The position numbers and the translations under genes were made by a program. A model generated the notes under the pieces. It did no database searches and was not told where the DNA came from. It saw only the letters and a program-made list of their open reading frames with translations. A stretch of DNA of 64,000 nucleotides, from positions 90,210,001 through 90,274,000 of the forward strand of contig NC_042997.1 of assembly GCF_006345805.1 (NCBI RefSeq), given 5' to 3'. Every line of letters starts with the position of its first letter. Position 1 is the first letter of the stretch. This stretch comes from Octopus sinensis. Its lineage: Eukaryota. Positions 49,145 through 63,388 of the stretch are shown here, piece after piece.

Positions 49145-49520
49145 TAGTTACTTGTTTCAGTCATTGGATTGCAACGAAGCTGGGGAACCGCCTTGAAGGG
49201 TTTAGACGAACAAATCAACTCCAGTACTAATTCCTAAAACCGGTATTGTATCGGTGTCTTTTGCCAAACCACTAAGTTCGGGGATGTGAACAAGTCAACA
49301 GCAGTTGTCAAGTGGTGGAGACGTGAGTAAACACAAAGACAAGCGCGCGCGCACGCACACACGCACAGACGCACGCACACACACACACACATACGTTTAC
49401 CAAATCCACATACAAAGTGTTGGCTATAATAGAAGACACTATTCTAAGCTGCCACGTTGTTGGACTGAACCTGTAATCATGTAGTAGCAAAGCGAGCTCT
49501 TTAACCACACAGCCATGCCT
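49145..49520 (-). mobile_element. Diverged full-length family A SINE
   Basis: Head ccacacagccatgcctgcg and tail ttacttgtttcagtcattgg. Confidence 0.8.
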
Positions 49521-50847
49521 GCGCCTTGTAGATAATTTTTTTCCAAACAATGTTTTATACTATTATTTTTCATGAACATATCCATAAAAAAAAAAAAAAC
49601 TGCTGTCGTAGTTTCTCTTTCATTCTATTTTGAAACCATAACTTGTCAAACTTCTGCGCACAAGCATCTTTTGTTCGCCTTACATCTGTCCATCACTTCA
49701 TTCTTCAGGAATTCGGTGAAGTCATGGGACTGCAGCATGGCGGATTGTGAAGAGATAGCGGAAGAGTTCAACTGAGCCAAAGGTGCTTCTTACATGGATG
49801 CTGAGCGGAGGAATCCTAGATCAACGGTCAAGATCACCAAGCTCTATGAAGAGGATAACTGCAACGTATCCGTAGGGGTGGTGTCTATGGTTCTGTAATC
49901 AGCTAATGAAAGATTCACTATGACTCAAGCTCCCAATTCAAATTCATAATAATGGAATTGGATGGCGACAGAGTCTCATGGGAATCCACCAAAGCGGCGA
50001 ATAAAACGCTTCTATCAAATTTCTTATTACTTATACAAAATGATGAAATGAAATCTAATTTTCAAAAGAAAAACATTTACTGCCTTAAAATTAATACATA
50101 TGTGTATATATATTTGTGTGCATGTGGGTGTGTGTCTATGTGTGTGTGCGCGCGTGTGCGTGTACAAGTATGTATATATACCTGTATATCTGTATGAATG
50201 TATACGTGTACATGCGTATGTGTCTATTTGTATATACGTGTGTATTTGTATATGCGTGTATATATTTATATATGTGCGTCTGTGAAAACAGCCCCCACTA
50301 CACAAACACAACACATAATACCTACACGCATTGTTAAGTGTGTCTAAATTTATTGTAATTTTACTTAATACGAACATATTTCTCTGTTTACATTTGATAC
50401 CAACATATTTTTATTTATATTTATTCTCTTCTCTATAATACTTTGCTTTACAGAAACCAATATAAGACATTGTTTTACATTTGAGATTGTTTAAATACCC
50501 TTTCAGTTGAGGATATTCAATTTACATAGTTTTCATTGTTTTTCAAATAGCCCTTTAAATAATATGCTTTAATTTTTTATATGTTTATATTTGATTACCT
50601 CCCCGTCTATCAACCTGTTACCTTCTTTCCCATCCTCTCTCTCCTCCACCTAACACTTTTTTTACTCTCTTTCCCCTCTGATTATAATCTTCTCCTCTAC
50701 TCTCTTTCTCTCACCCCTTCCTAACCTCCACATTTTTTCTCTCCCACTCCATTCTCTTTTACTCCCTCGACTTTGCTTAATAGGTTTTATTTCTATTATA
50801 TTTTTACGCCTTACCATATTGTCCTCAACTGTTGCACTTTTATTCAT

Positions 50848-50878
<31 letters not shown>

Positions 50879-51139
50879 ATTTACTCAGTAAATTACTTCT
50901 CTTCCTCCTTTCCCCCTCCCTACTCTTCTGTCTCAATAATCTTTCTCTTTTACTGTGTAGCGTTCTTTACTCATTGCCTGCAACCAAGCTAACTGTATGC
51001 TCACATCTTGTGACTCTCACCTTGTAGCTCTCATCTTAACTATCTCTCCCCCACCTCTCTTACTTTCTTTTACATTCTTTTTCCCATTCTGTATACGATA
51101 TAAAGCGTGACTGGAGGAATCAGTCAACCAAGTAACCAA

Positions 51140-51345
51140 CTTTTATATCAGCTATTATTATATAGCTGTTAGCGAATATCAGCACGGCATGAAAACAACG
51201 AGTTGATACAGCTTCGGATAGAATGACTTGTAGTAATTGTTCTGGCTCTTTGCATCTCGAGTTCAAGTGACACAGAGACAAATTTTTGTCTTTCACTCTT
51301 TCGGGATCTACACTTATAAAGAAGTCAAATACTGGGATCATTCAC
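51140..51345 (+). mobile_element. Decayed family D SINE
   Basis: cgagttcaagtgacacagagacaaatttttgtctttcactctttcgggatc..aagaagtcaaatactggg. Confidence 0.6.
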
Positions 51346-51953
51346 TTCTCTTTACCTCGGATTTGGTTATGTGAGATAACCAAGAAAGCAACGTTCACAC
51401 CCATCTTTAGTCTGTTTCGTCTAAATGTACCCTGATAAATTACTGATTTCTTTAAAATCAAACAGTCCAAACAAGAAGAGGCAGTATTAATGGCCTTCAC
51501 AGAATAATGAGACTGATGTAGCTGACTTTTGTCGGTCGATGTCTGGCAAAAAAAACTCGTGCTAAGTGGAATTCTTGCAAATTTACGACAGGTTTGTGGA
51601 AGAATGATTGGGCGAAGTGCTTAATGCGGGACCCGTGATGGGGAATGAAGAAGAGACGAATATATCTGATGAAGGTGAGTGAAAGGGTGTACGGTTAGCT
51701 TGATCTGAGGAAATAAGGGGTCATTTTGTAGAGGTAGAAAAGGAAAATAAAGTGGAGGGGGCAACAAAGCGTCTGTAGTTTTGCTTTTAGTGTTTGATTA
51801 AAGAATGATGTAGCGGAATCTTTGCCACCAATCAGTCGAATGGCTTTTTGACCGTTAGATTTATGCGTCATCAGCAAGATGTTTATTTTCAATTGTGATT
51901 AAGTGCATTTTCTATGTTTTCAAACTGAATATTGCTTCCATGATTAATCGTTT

Positions 51954-52057
<104 letters not shown>

Positions 52058-52221
52058 TATTCTCTGCAGTGAAGAAGTAGTGTATATTAATGCTTCACTA
52101 TATTTTTAGTTTTTTTTTGTGTTGTGTGAAGAAGTGCATTGCAATTGCTCTTTGTTGTAAATAAGCAGGAACATGCATATATGCGTGTGTATACATATGT
52201 GTTGCGTGTGTGCATGTAGTG

Positions 52222-52257
<36 letters not shown>

Positions 52258-52274
52258 ATATATATATATGTGTG

Positions 52275-52305
<31 letters not shown>

Positions 52306-52310
<5 letters not shown>

Positions 52311-52445
52311 TATTTAAAAGCAGCAGAAATATAACAAAAGCTTTTGTTATATTCCTACTGCTTTTAAATAAAGCATATTACTCTACCTCTGGTATTGAGT
52401 AGTCTTTTTTACACCTTGTTTCACATTTATGTGCTTATTCCGGTG
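52306..52445 (-). mobile_element. ~135-bp element ending in a 66-bp fold-back palindrome (copy 2)
   Basis: Arms 52308-52340 and 52341-52373 match at 31 of 33 positions. Homologous to 33519-33655. Confidence 0.8.
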
Positions 52446-52455
52446 CATATATATA

Positions 52456-52495
<40 letters not shown>

Positions 52496-52574
52496 ACATA
52501 TGTAATATAAGATTAAATTTTTCGAAAAAGAATTCTATCAATGGCCAGCATATTAAAAAATAAATTTATAAACA

Positions 52575-52751
52575 ACTTATAAACAAGGGCAAAAGAAAAA
52601 AATCTAATGCCAAATATGCCGAAAATAGACAAATCGTCGATAACCATATAACCATCACTATAACCATGCTTATAGTGATAAATTATATGGTTATTGACGA
52701 TTTGTCTATTTTCGGCATATTTGGCATTACATTTTTTTCCCTTGTTTATAA

Positions 52752-52753
<2 letters not shown>
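52575..52753. repeat. Long hairpin: 89/84-bp arms with a 6-nt loop
   Basis: acttataaacaaggg..atgccaaatatgccgaaaatagacaaatcgtc..atcactataa, loop ccatgc, then the reverse complement. There are a few substitutions and one ~6-nt indel. Confidence 0.9.
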
Positions 52754-52793
<40 letters not shown>

Positions 52794-53529
52794 TATATAT
52801 ATATACTTGTTTAATGTGAGAGACGAAGGATGGAAGATACAAGAACGTTTATTAATCACTAAAATTGTTTCGACCCATCTAGCATCGATCCCTCACGGGT
52901 GGGATACTTAGCAATTGATTTAGGAGTATCCGACGGTGTAGCTGTATCTCTTCAGGTGAATACAAGATGCATCTTGTTAAAACAACGAGTGTTCTGCAAG
53001 ATACCGTCTCGGTTTTTGTGTAGAAAAGCAACAAATTAAGGGATACAGCTTCATTTTTATATAAAATCAATAAGTAACAAATGCAAAAAGTAACGAAAGC
53101 ACAAGACAGAAAAAGTATCAAATATAACCGTTAACAGATATGGATGTATAAATTCCCTCGCTTAGGTTGTATGGCGCACGTACACTCGCTCGTACAAACA
53201 TAAAAGCGTACGCACACGTGATTTGGCGCACATACGCTCACACAGCGAATTAAATAGCTACTTAGTGTTTATAAGAATGGGGAGGCTAGAGCTAAACTTA
53301 ATTCATCTGTACCTTAGGGTAATGTATGATTATTAAGTTGGTTAATGGTTACTCAAATTCATTTCCACTGCATTCTGCGAAAGTGCATTTATAAGAATGT
53401 AAGAATCTTGAGAATCTTTCAGAAATTTTATTAATCCTCTTATTGGTCCATAAAATAGACAGATTTAGTATATGATCCGTCACTTCCATGTGTTTACCCA
53501 CCCACCCTTATCCAAGCGTGTACTATTGA

Positions 53530-55175
53530 TTCCACCTTGGTCCTTATACCTTGCGTCCACTAACTCACCCACTACATCTCTCTTTCATCTTAATTTCTTA
53601 CCCCGCTCCGACAATATACCTCTTCCGCCGCCTACAATCTGACCCACTCATCTCTCACTTCTCTACCTTCATGTGTGCCTGCAGCCTTCTAGACCACCGC
53701 TTCTCCTTCTCCACACTCCTCCAGGATACCTTCCCTACTCCCATCACTCACTGTCACACTTGCCCTTTTCTTTGTAAGACCGCCACTTTCGCTGGGCCAA
53801 ACGGCCGCATCTTCCACATCAGAGACTCTTTTCACAGAACCTCTAGTAATCTGATACACGAGCTACAATGTTCTTCCTATCGTTATATTTACATCGGGTA
53901 ACCCGGCATCCAATTGGTCGACAGGTTCACGCAGCATCTCAGAAGTATTCGACATGGCAACGAGTTGTTTTTCTCGCAACGTTTTCGCGCCGCCGACCAT
54001 TCCACCCAATAACTCACAGACGTGGTCGAAGCAACTAACCACAATTCCCCCATCACTTACCTCCAGAGCGAACAAAAGCTCATTTTCTCTCTCCAAATTC
54101 TGAACCCCAACTCTTTTCATTTATTGTTTCTCCAAACCAGCTCCATTACTATGCATTACTCCCTCCTTTCCCATGCCATTTACACCTACCTCACTCACAC
54201 TCTTCTCCTACCCACATCTTAACCCATACTATCCTCACACCCATGGTACACGCTCTCAACATACCATCACCGTCTCCACGTACACAGACTCATTCCTCTC
54301 TTAGACCTTCACTCTCACTTCTATATCTTCACTTCCTCTCACATATTCCCATGCATACACACACCTCATCTCCTATGTCGTGTTTTCTCATTCACACACA
54401 CACACTCGCTATTTTTGATACACACACCCACACATTTTTACTCTTCACACACGTATATCTCACCATACACATACTGCCATTCAGCCAACAGTTTGTTTCT
54501 TTGTTACAGATATATACACCCATATAACCCTCTCATCACACACACACACGCACGCACATACGCACGCACGCATGCACATGCACAAAAACCGGCTTTCTCA
54601 CACCTTCCCCCTTTTCTCCTCTTATACATACATACATATGCCACTCTTCTGTTTCAAGAGATTCTTTTCCCTTCCCCCGGTATTTTCCATTACATGTTGT
54701 TCTATCCAACCCTTCTACTCCACGCATTCCTACTCAATTCCCCGCGAATTCTATCCAATTTTCCTTTCTGTGTATAATACTACTTCTTTGCCATCCTTGG
54801 ACTCTCTGGATTTTCTACCAGTAGCATACTTTTATTTTTAAATTATCTTTTCTACTTTCTTTCTGTGGAAAAAAAACTTCACACTCCGACATGCACTCAA
54901 AGGTACACAACTACACTCCACCCATATGCCCATCCCTGAACACGGACACCTTCTTATCTTCTCTTTTTAACCTAACCCATAGAGCCGCAATCTCACCTGG
55001 CTTCTAACTCCCGCCCGCCTTTTCTCGCCGACATTTTCTCTTTCTCATACTTTTCTCTTTCTTCCGACGAAGGACAGACGTCCGAAACATTTTTACCTTT
55101 TAGACGTTAAACAAATACAGTATTTATTAAACTTAGTCCTCCCTGTGTTGTCTTTCTCATTCTTTTACTTTTCAT
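53530..55175 (+). mobile_element. Penelope-like element 3' remnant (GIY-YIG endonuclease plus terminal repeat)
   Basis: CHTCPFL..FHIRDSFH.TSSNLIHELQCSS..YIYIG..LVDRFTQHLRSIRHG..EQKLIFSLQILNP (about 53750-54120), followed by a pyrimidine-rich region and a decayed hammerhead. Confidence 0.85.
55061..55095 (+). ncRNA. Decayed minimal hammerhead motif
   Basis: CCGACGA-A-GGAC-agac-GUCC-GAAA-CAUU. Helix II is intact; U4 is C, and helices I and III are broken. Confidence 0.45.
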
Positions 55176-55190
55176 TGCATTTACCACATA

Positions 55191-55226
<36 letters not shown>

Positions 55227-55248
55227 TGTATGTATGTATGTATGTATG

Positions 55249-55295
<47 letters not shown>

Positions 55296-55296
55296 T

Positions 55297-55361
<65 letters not shown>

Positions 55362-55869
55362 TGAAGAATTGCTATCTCGAATGAAATAACATAGCGATTA
55401 AGCAATGTTTAGAAATTCATGTGAAAACGTGTACATCCAAATTCCAATGAAGTATTTAACTTAATTTTTCTTTCGATTTTCGTTCGGTATTACGTATAGC
55501 GGTATAATTTATAATTTACATGGTCTTTATCCTAGAGCAGAATAACTCAAGAGAGTTAGTGTTTTTTGTAATAACATCATTATTGCATAATCTTTACACG
55601 TATTTTACTAGCGGGTTCTTGCATGTTGTGCTAAAATGTTTACATGGTCATCCCCGAGACATCTTGACGGCAGCCATTCCTTGTCTTTTTTTTCCTGTTT
55701 TTGTTCTATTGGCAAAATAAAAATACTATCCTTCCTTCCCTTTTCTTCACTACTATATAAACAATGTTCTATTAGGTTTATACACAGTTCTAACTTAGCT
55801 CTATAAAAAAAAAAACAAAAAAAAAACGGAAGGGCAATTACGTTCCCCACTCATCTTATTCCAGTTCTC

Positions 55870-56620
55870 AAACTCTTCTGTTTTGGAAGTCTGGCATAGC
55901 ACTTCGCTTTCACGTTGCCAGGTAGAAACCACATGACTGAAATAAATTTTTACGGGGAATCAAATTTAAACAGAGATCAGAAATAATTAACTGTCAAAAG
56001 GTTTAAGTTAAAAATCATCCGATTAGTAAGCCAATTGTCCTGCTATTCGTGTACGCGAACAAGTGATGTAAATAATGTAGAGAATTTCCACTATCTGGGT
56101 AATTACCAATCGCGGAACACAGAAATTTATGACTTGATTCAAGACCAGATAAAATGCGCCAGCGTAATCTTTGGATGTTTGAGAGGACGGTGGAATGAAA
56201 ATAGTTCATGATCGAAAACAGTCAGTCGTGAGGAATATGAATTAAACTTGTTCAGGTTTCTGAGTTGTATACGACTCTGTTATAGGCAACATATTCATAG
56301 CTGGAGATATACAAAGAGATATCTAACGAAATCCATGCACATTCGGACAGAGATATATCGGTGTAGTCGAACTAGTCAATATCACCTGGATTGAAGCCAC
56401 GATTTCGCAGCATCAGCTTCGCTGGGCTGGCTGTATCGTACAAACGACGGTTCAAACAACTATTATTCTCTTTTATTTGAAGGAAGAATAGCAAACAAAC
56501 ATAGGACAAAGAAAATGGCTCAAGATTGTTGTTGAGGGATATTCACAAAATTGTGTACGAAGAAATTATTGGTAAATAACCACACAAGTGAATGAAATCC
56601 TCTGTGACACGTTAGGAACC
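55870..56620 (+). mobile_element. Highly decayed RTE-clade LINE RT fragment
   Basis: NNVENFHYLGN..DQIKCASVIFGCLRGRW..IEATISQHQLRWAGCIV, matching the F.YLGS..RI.KAS.AFGRL..QLRWAGHV pattern. Confidence 0.7.
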
Positions 56621-57644
56621 GAGAATGTCAACGATGAACATGGGTACAGAAAACAGCGTGGAGTGAGTGACCTACTCATTGCCATTTTTCGCACGAGTTA
56701 ACAAATGCCCAGCCCTCGACCGGACTTGTCCAATATCTTTTTTTAAGTTCCAAACAAGGCGAGATGTCATTTAGTGTAAGGTACTAAGAAGAAGAAATTA
56801 AGATGAAAGGAATGAATTTACTTTAGACTTGAAAGAGTCCGGAGCATAAGAAGGAGGAAAACAATAAGATAGAAGAGAGTTTCATGTCTGGCAGTTCGAT
56901 GGAAAAAAAGCTACGGTCATAGAAAGATTCTTATTCGTGGAAGTACAGCAGCATTTGGATGAAGACGCCGTGAGTTTCGAGTCACGCGGGATGGTACAAA
57001 GTGATTGGTTTACTTAGCCATATGCAGGTCCACAGAAGTAGACCTACGTGTCAACAATCTTCTTCGACTTTGAAGAATTACCTACGTTTAACCCATATGT
57101 GTTTCCTTCAAAGTGCATTCAAGTGTTTTGCTGTATTTACTGGTGTAGACATTGCTTAACTCTCTGCAGTATGTTATGAGTATTCTCTGGAAAAGTACCG
57201 AACATAAATTAGTATCTCGTAATTGAAAGAAGTTTCTTCAAAAGCAGAGTTAAATTTCAGTCAGTTCTATCATTTGCTGAGAATTTCGCAGAAATATCAC
57301 AAGTGTACTAAGAAGTATGTGTATGTATTAACATTTGTTTCGGTGTTAACTTTCATGGAAGCTTGACTTTTGCCTTATCAAGAATTATTTTAACAAAGAT
57401 ATTGTCTACAGTGATAAGAAAAAGAAAGAAAAAAAAGCAAGTTACTAATCCTTTCTTTGACCTATTACAAACTAATTATTGGCATTCGATTTCATTGATT
57501 TTCAGCTTAGATTAGAATGAATTAACGAACAAATCAAAGTAACTAAAAAAACAGAACAAAAACAGAACAAATGAACAAAAATGAAATCAGAAACCGGTGT
57601 TTAAAAATCATATTATTTTATTCGTAATTACATGTGAATACATA

Positions 57645-57645
57645 C

Positions 57646-57731
<86 letters not shown>

Positions 57732-58340
57732 TATATATATATATATTTATATATGTGTGTACATAATATATATATATATGTGTGTATATATATATATGTA
57801 TGTTATATGTGTATGTATATATGTATATATATATATATATAATATATATATATATATATAATATATATATATATATAATTATATATATACATATATATAT
57901 ATATTCATGCATATATATATATATATATTCATACATATATTATATATATTCATACATATATATATATATATATTCATACATATATATTCATACATATATT
58001 AATATCGCATGAGCATATTTATCAAATATTCTTTAATTAAATCTGCTTGTATGCCTCTACAACACACACACACGCACACGTACACACATACATATATGTA
58101 TGCAGCCACAAAATTTCTTTAATTAAATCTGACATACGTACACGCAGACCCACGTCCATACACGCACATGCCCACCCACACTAAGAGACAAGAACCACCT
58201 CCCCTCACACACGCATGGGTATATGCATGTGCATGTGTATGAATATGTGCGTGTGTATGAATATGTATATGTGTATATACATACATACATACATACATAC
58301 ATACATACATACATACATACATACATACATACATGCATAC
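57645..58340. repeat. (TA)n, (CA)n and (CATA)n microsatellites
   Basis: Directly visible. Confidence 0.9.
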
Positions 58341-58501
58341 ATACATACATGGTTCCAAAATTATTTAATTAAATCTGGAGATGTGTAAATGAATTCTTCA
58401 CCTTGCTCTTCGATATCAAAGTAATGTTGTCGGCTGTGGCAAGCTGTGGTTAAGGTGAGGACATATATTGAAACAATCAACGTTTAATTGAATTCCCTAT
58501 T

Positions 58502-59580
<1,079 letters not shown>

Positions 59581-59804
59581 AGAAGGATAATGCAATGCCA
59601 ATACTGATGCTGGTAGACGAAATAATTGCAACAATGATTATTTGAGGAAAAATAAGAATAATAATGGCGATGACGACGATGATGATGATGACAGTGATGA
59701 TGATGACGACGGTGATGTTGATGATGGCAACTACGACGATGATGACGACGACGACGACGACGACAACGAAAACATTAACGGCAAGGTTGATGATGTTGAC
59801 AATG

Positions 59805-60005
59805 CTATAAGGTCCTGAAAGTTTTGATGAGGGGGCTAGTCGATGAGATCGACCCCAGTATGCAGCTACTACTTAATTTATCGACCCCGAAAGGATGAAA
59901 GTCAAAGTCGACCTCGGCGGAACTTGAACTCTGACCGTAGAGACAGACGATACACCGCTAAGCATTTCGTCCGGCGTGCTAACGTTTCTGCCAGCTCGCC
60001 GCCTT
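59805..60005 (-). mobile_element. Well-preserved family D SINE
   Basis: Head ccagctcgccgcctt, core gaccccgaaaggatgaaagtcaaagtcgacctcggcggaacttgaactc. Confidence 0.9.
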
Positions 60006-60099
60006 GATCATGATAATGATATTGACGATGAACTTGGGGTTACTAACAACAACTACAACTACAAACTACACCATCAACAGCAATAACTACAACTACTAA

Positions 60100-60158
60100 T
60101 ATCCTACCATCACCACCACCACCACCATCACTCTCTACTACTACTACTACTACTACTA

Positions 60159-60195
<37 letters not shown>

Positions 60196-60935
60196 GCTGC
60201 TACTACTACTACTACTACCACCACCATAATAGTAATACCTTTTTCTGTTTCTCGTTTTGTTTTAATATCCGATCTCATGACTTGTGTTTTGTTTTGCACT
60301 CCCCCCACTCCTCCACTCCTCGACCCCCTACAACTCTCACACACTCACGCTCATACAAATTAATTCATTAGTTCCTGCCTCCCAGCTTCAGTCAGATTGG
60401 AAATATTTCCTTTCTTTCTCACCTTTGCAATCTGGGGACTTCCTTCTACACACCGCTCCGGTCCCCAACTCTAGTCTTTCTTTGTTGTTGTTGGTTGCTA
60501 CTGCTGTGGTGGTGGCGGTGGTGGTGGTGGTGGAGGTGGTGTTGGTGATGATGCTGATGATAATGAAGAGGATGACGATGATGGTAGAAGTGATGATGTT
60601 GATGATGATGGCGGTGGTGCTGGTGGTGGTGGTGATGATAATGTTGATGATGTTTGTGGTGATGGTGGTAGTGGTGTTGGTAGTGGTGGTGGTGATTATA
60701 CTGCTGTTGCTGATAGTGAGGATGATGACGATGATGATGGTTATGATGATGATGATGATGATGCTGATAATGATGATGATGATTAAGATGATGTTAATAT
60801 ATTGGGCTATTATCTATCCAAATCTTTTATCTAACATTCTCTTTCACCATTTTCCTTCTATACACCTCCTTTCTCTCTCTTGTCTATTTTTATTTTGTTG
60901 TTAAGTATGACGACGACGACGACGACGACGATGAC

Positions 60936-60991
<56 letters not shown>

Positions 60992-61020
60992 CGATGATGA
61001 TGATAACGACGGCGATGATG
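60100..61020. repeat. (CTA)n, (GGT)n and (GAT)n trinucleotide tracts
   Basis: Directly visible. Confidence 0.9.
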
Positions 61021-61297
61021 ACGGTGGCAATCACCATGATGGATCAATTATTACCTTATTATCTATCCAGATGCTTTTCTTTATTTCCTCCTCCATTTTG
61101 CTTTACCATTTTTTTCGTTCCTCTTTGTTCTCGTCTTTGTTTTTCACTTTTGTTTCTGGTCTGCCTTTATTCCTTGTATTTCCACTCCTTCTTATTATCC
61201 ACCTCATCCCACTTGCACTCATCTCCTTTCTCACTCTTCTTCTTCTTCTCTCTCTCTCTCTCACTTTCTTTTTTCACTATATCCCTCTCGTCCATCA

Positions 61298-61847
61298 CAC
61301 ATACAAAGTACATTCCAGAAGTTTTGAGACTTCTGCAGGAGGGATATTCATTAATTTCAAAGAAGTATAAAACTCTAATCTAATTCAAAATAGGATACGT
61401 TGACTTCAATGCACTTGTAGCACTCCAACCACTTCATGACGTCCCCAATGGAAGTCCTTCAGAGTGAAGGTATCCAGGAGCGTTGTCACAACCTCCTTCA
61501 TATACTTCAGCTTGTTCCTTGTGACTTCAGCAAAAAGTCACAAGGAACAAGGCCTGGACTGTGGGGAAGGCGTAGGACAGTTTTAGTGCTAACCTCTGTC
61601 AAGTGGTTGGTTATTCTGTCATTCTTTTACTTGTTTCAGTCATTTGACTGCGGCCATGCTGGAGCACCGCCTTAAAGGGTTTTTTTAGTCGAAGAAATCA
61701 ACCCCAGAAATTATTCTTTGTAAGCCTAGTACTTATTCTATCGGTTCTTTTGCCGAACAGCTATATTACGGGGACATAAACACGCCAACATCTGGATAGA
61801 TAATAAGGCAATAATTGATCCATCATGATGATTGTCACCGTCGTTAG

Positions 61848-61889
<42 letters not shown>

Positions 61890-62290
61890 CGTCGTCATTG
61901 TCGTCGTCATCATCATCGTTATGTGGTTAGGAAGCAAGCTTCTTACCACACAGCCACGCCTGCGCCTATACCAGGAAGGAACTGAGAACGGTTGCTTTGT
62001 CCTGGTGCAATTGCTCCGGACATCTGTGAGAACATTTCTTCCTGAACGCCCTCAAAACCTTCACAAAATACTCTTTCTTGACTGTTTAGCCAGAGGGAAC
62101 TCAGTCAATGTAGATTATGTTCTTGCTGGAGAAAAGGTGGTGAAAGAGGTCTTCGTGAGTTTACCGGTGGGCTAGCTTTGCCTGGTATCTTGTGCCAGAA
62201 AACAACAAGTACTAAGACGTTGCGCATAAAGCTGGAGTTTTAGTGGAAACCCAACCTGAGCACTTTCTACATATGCCTATTAGACTATGT
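61298..62290 (-). mobile_element. Mariner remnant interrupted by later insertions
   Basis: 61960-62290 reads IIYID*VPSG*TVKKEYFVKVLRAFRKK..LHQDKA. 61298-61510 reads EVVTTLLDTFTLKDFH..MKWLECYKCIEV..YFE* followed by a TIR-like end. A SINE lies between the two parts. Confidence 0.75.
61618..61965 (-). mobile_element. Family A SINE whose middle is replaced by an inverted local sequence
   Basis: 3' part at 61618-61792, head at 61921-61965. The intervening sequence is a reverse complement of about 60905-61073. Confidence 0.8.
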
Positions 62291-62294
62291 GAAG

Positions 62295-62870
62295 TCTCAT
62301 GGCTCAGTGATTAGAGCACCGGACTCACAATCACGAGGTAGTGAGTTCCATTCTCAGACTGGTCTGTATGTTGTGTTCTTGAGCAAGACAATATATTTCA
62401 CTGGTGCCAAGCTGTATCAGCCTTTGCCTTTCCCTTGAATAACATCAATGGCGAAGAGATGAGGGACTGGAATACATGGGCGACTGCTGGTCTTCCATAA
62501 GCATAATAGCTCGGAGGGTAACTTTCTACGTGCAATCGCATGGTCAATCATGACTTGAGGGTGTCTTTTATTACACTACATCATTAGACGCAATTTTATC
62601 TGTATTCTATATACATACATACATACATACATATGATGCGGAGGTGCGTGGCTTAATGGTTAGTATACTGGACCCGTGATCGTAAAATTTTTGTTTCGAT
62701 TTCTGGACCGGTAATACGTTGTGTTCCTGAGCAAAACACTTCATTTCACACAGATCGCAAAAATGAGTAACCCTGAGACGGACCGGCGTCCCGTTCCATC
62801 CAATGGGAAATATATACGTCACTGAATCCATGAAATTGGCCTTAGAAGCATATGTCTTGGGGAGGATATT
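62295..62870 (+). mobile_element. Two family C SINEs with different tails
   Basis: Heads at 62295 and 62640, both with gttgtgttc.tgagcaa.acac.t.atttcac. The tails are unrelated to each other. Confidence 0.75.
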
Positions 62871-63349
62871 TGGTCCTTGTGTATGTGTGTGTGAGTATGA
62901 GTGTGTGTGTGTGAGAGTGTGTGTGTGTGTTTGTTTACATTTGTTGTTAAACCGAATATTGTGTCCCACTATGTCTCAAAGTTAGCAGTTCATCAAGCAG
63001 AGATCCATAAAATAAATGCCAGCTAAAAATACGTACTGAGGTCAGTATGATCAATTGGATTTTTGAAGATGATGCCCCATCATGGCGACAGTCGAAAGAC
63101 TAACCCCAATAAAATAATGTTTAAAGACTTAATGACTTCAGATTTAAGGTAATGGATTTCTAACCACAAGATAATGAGTTTAAAACTTCGTGTTGAACTT
63201 CCACTCTATACAATAACACAATATGTATATCTCAGTCTGCTTGACTTCCAACAATTAACAATTGTAATTTGAAGCTCGATTGTTAACAGTAAGAAAGATG
63301 TCCAGATTTCATAAAGAAGTATTCTGAGAAAAAGTATTTTTACCACAGC

Positions 63350-63388
<39 letters not shown>

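Noticed and set aside
51666-51700. CUGAUGA..GAAA motif
   Set aside because: No helix II or III pairing; expected by chance.
52850-52905. gtttcgaccc segment as a minus-strand hammerhead
   Set aside because: It resembles a Penelope-type end, but the CUGANGA box is unrecognisable and the cleavage triplet is absent.
55361-55400. CUGAAGA...GAAA after the TA array as a hammerhead
   Set aside because: Helix II is only 3 bp, and there is no consistent helix III, UH site or helix I.
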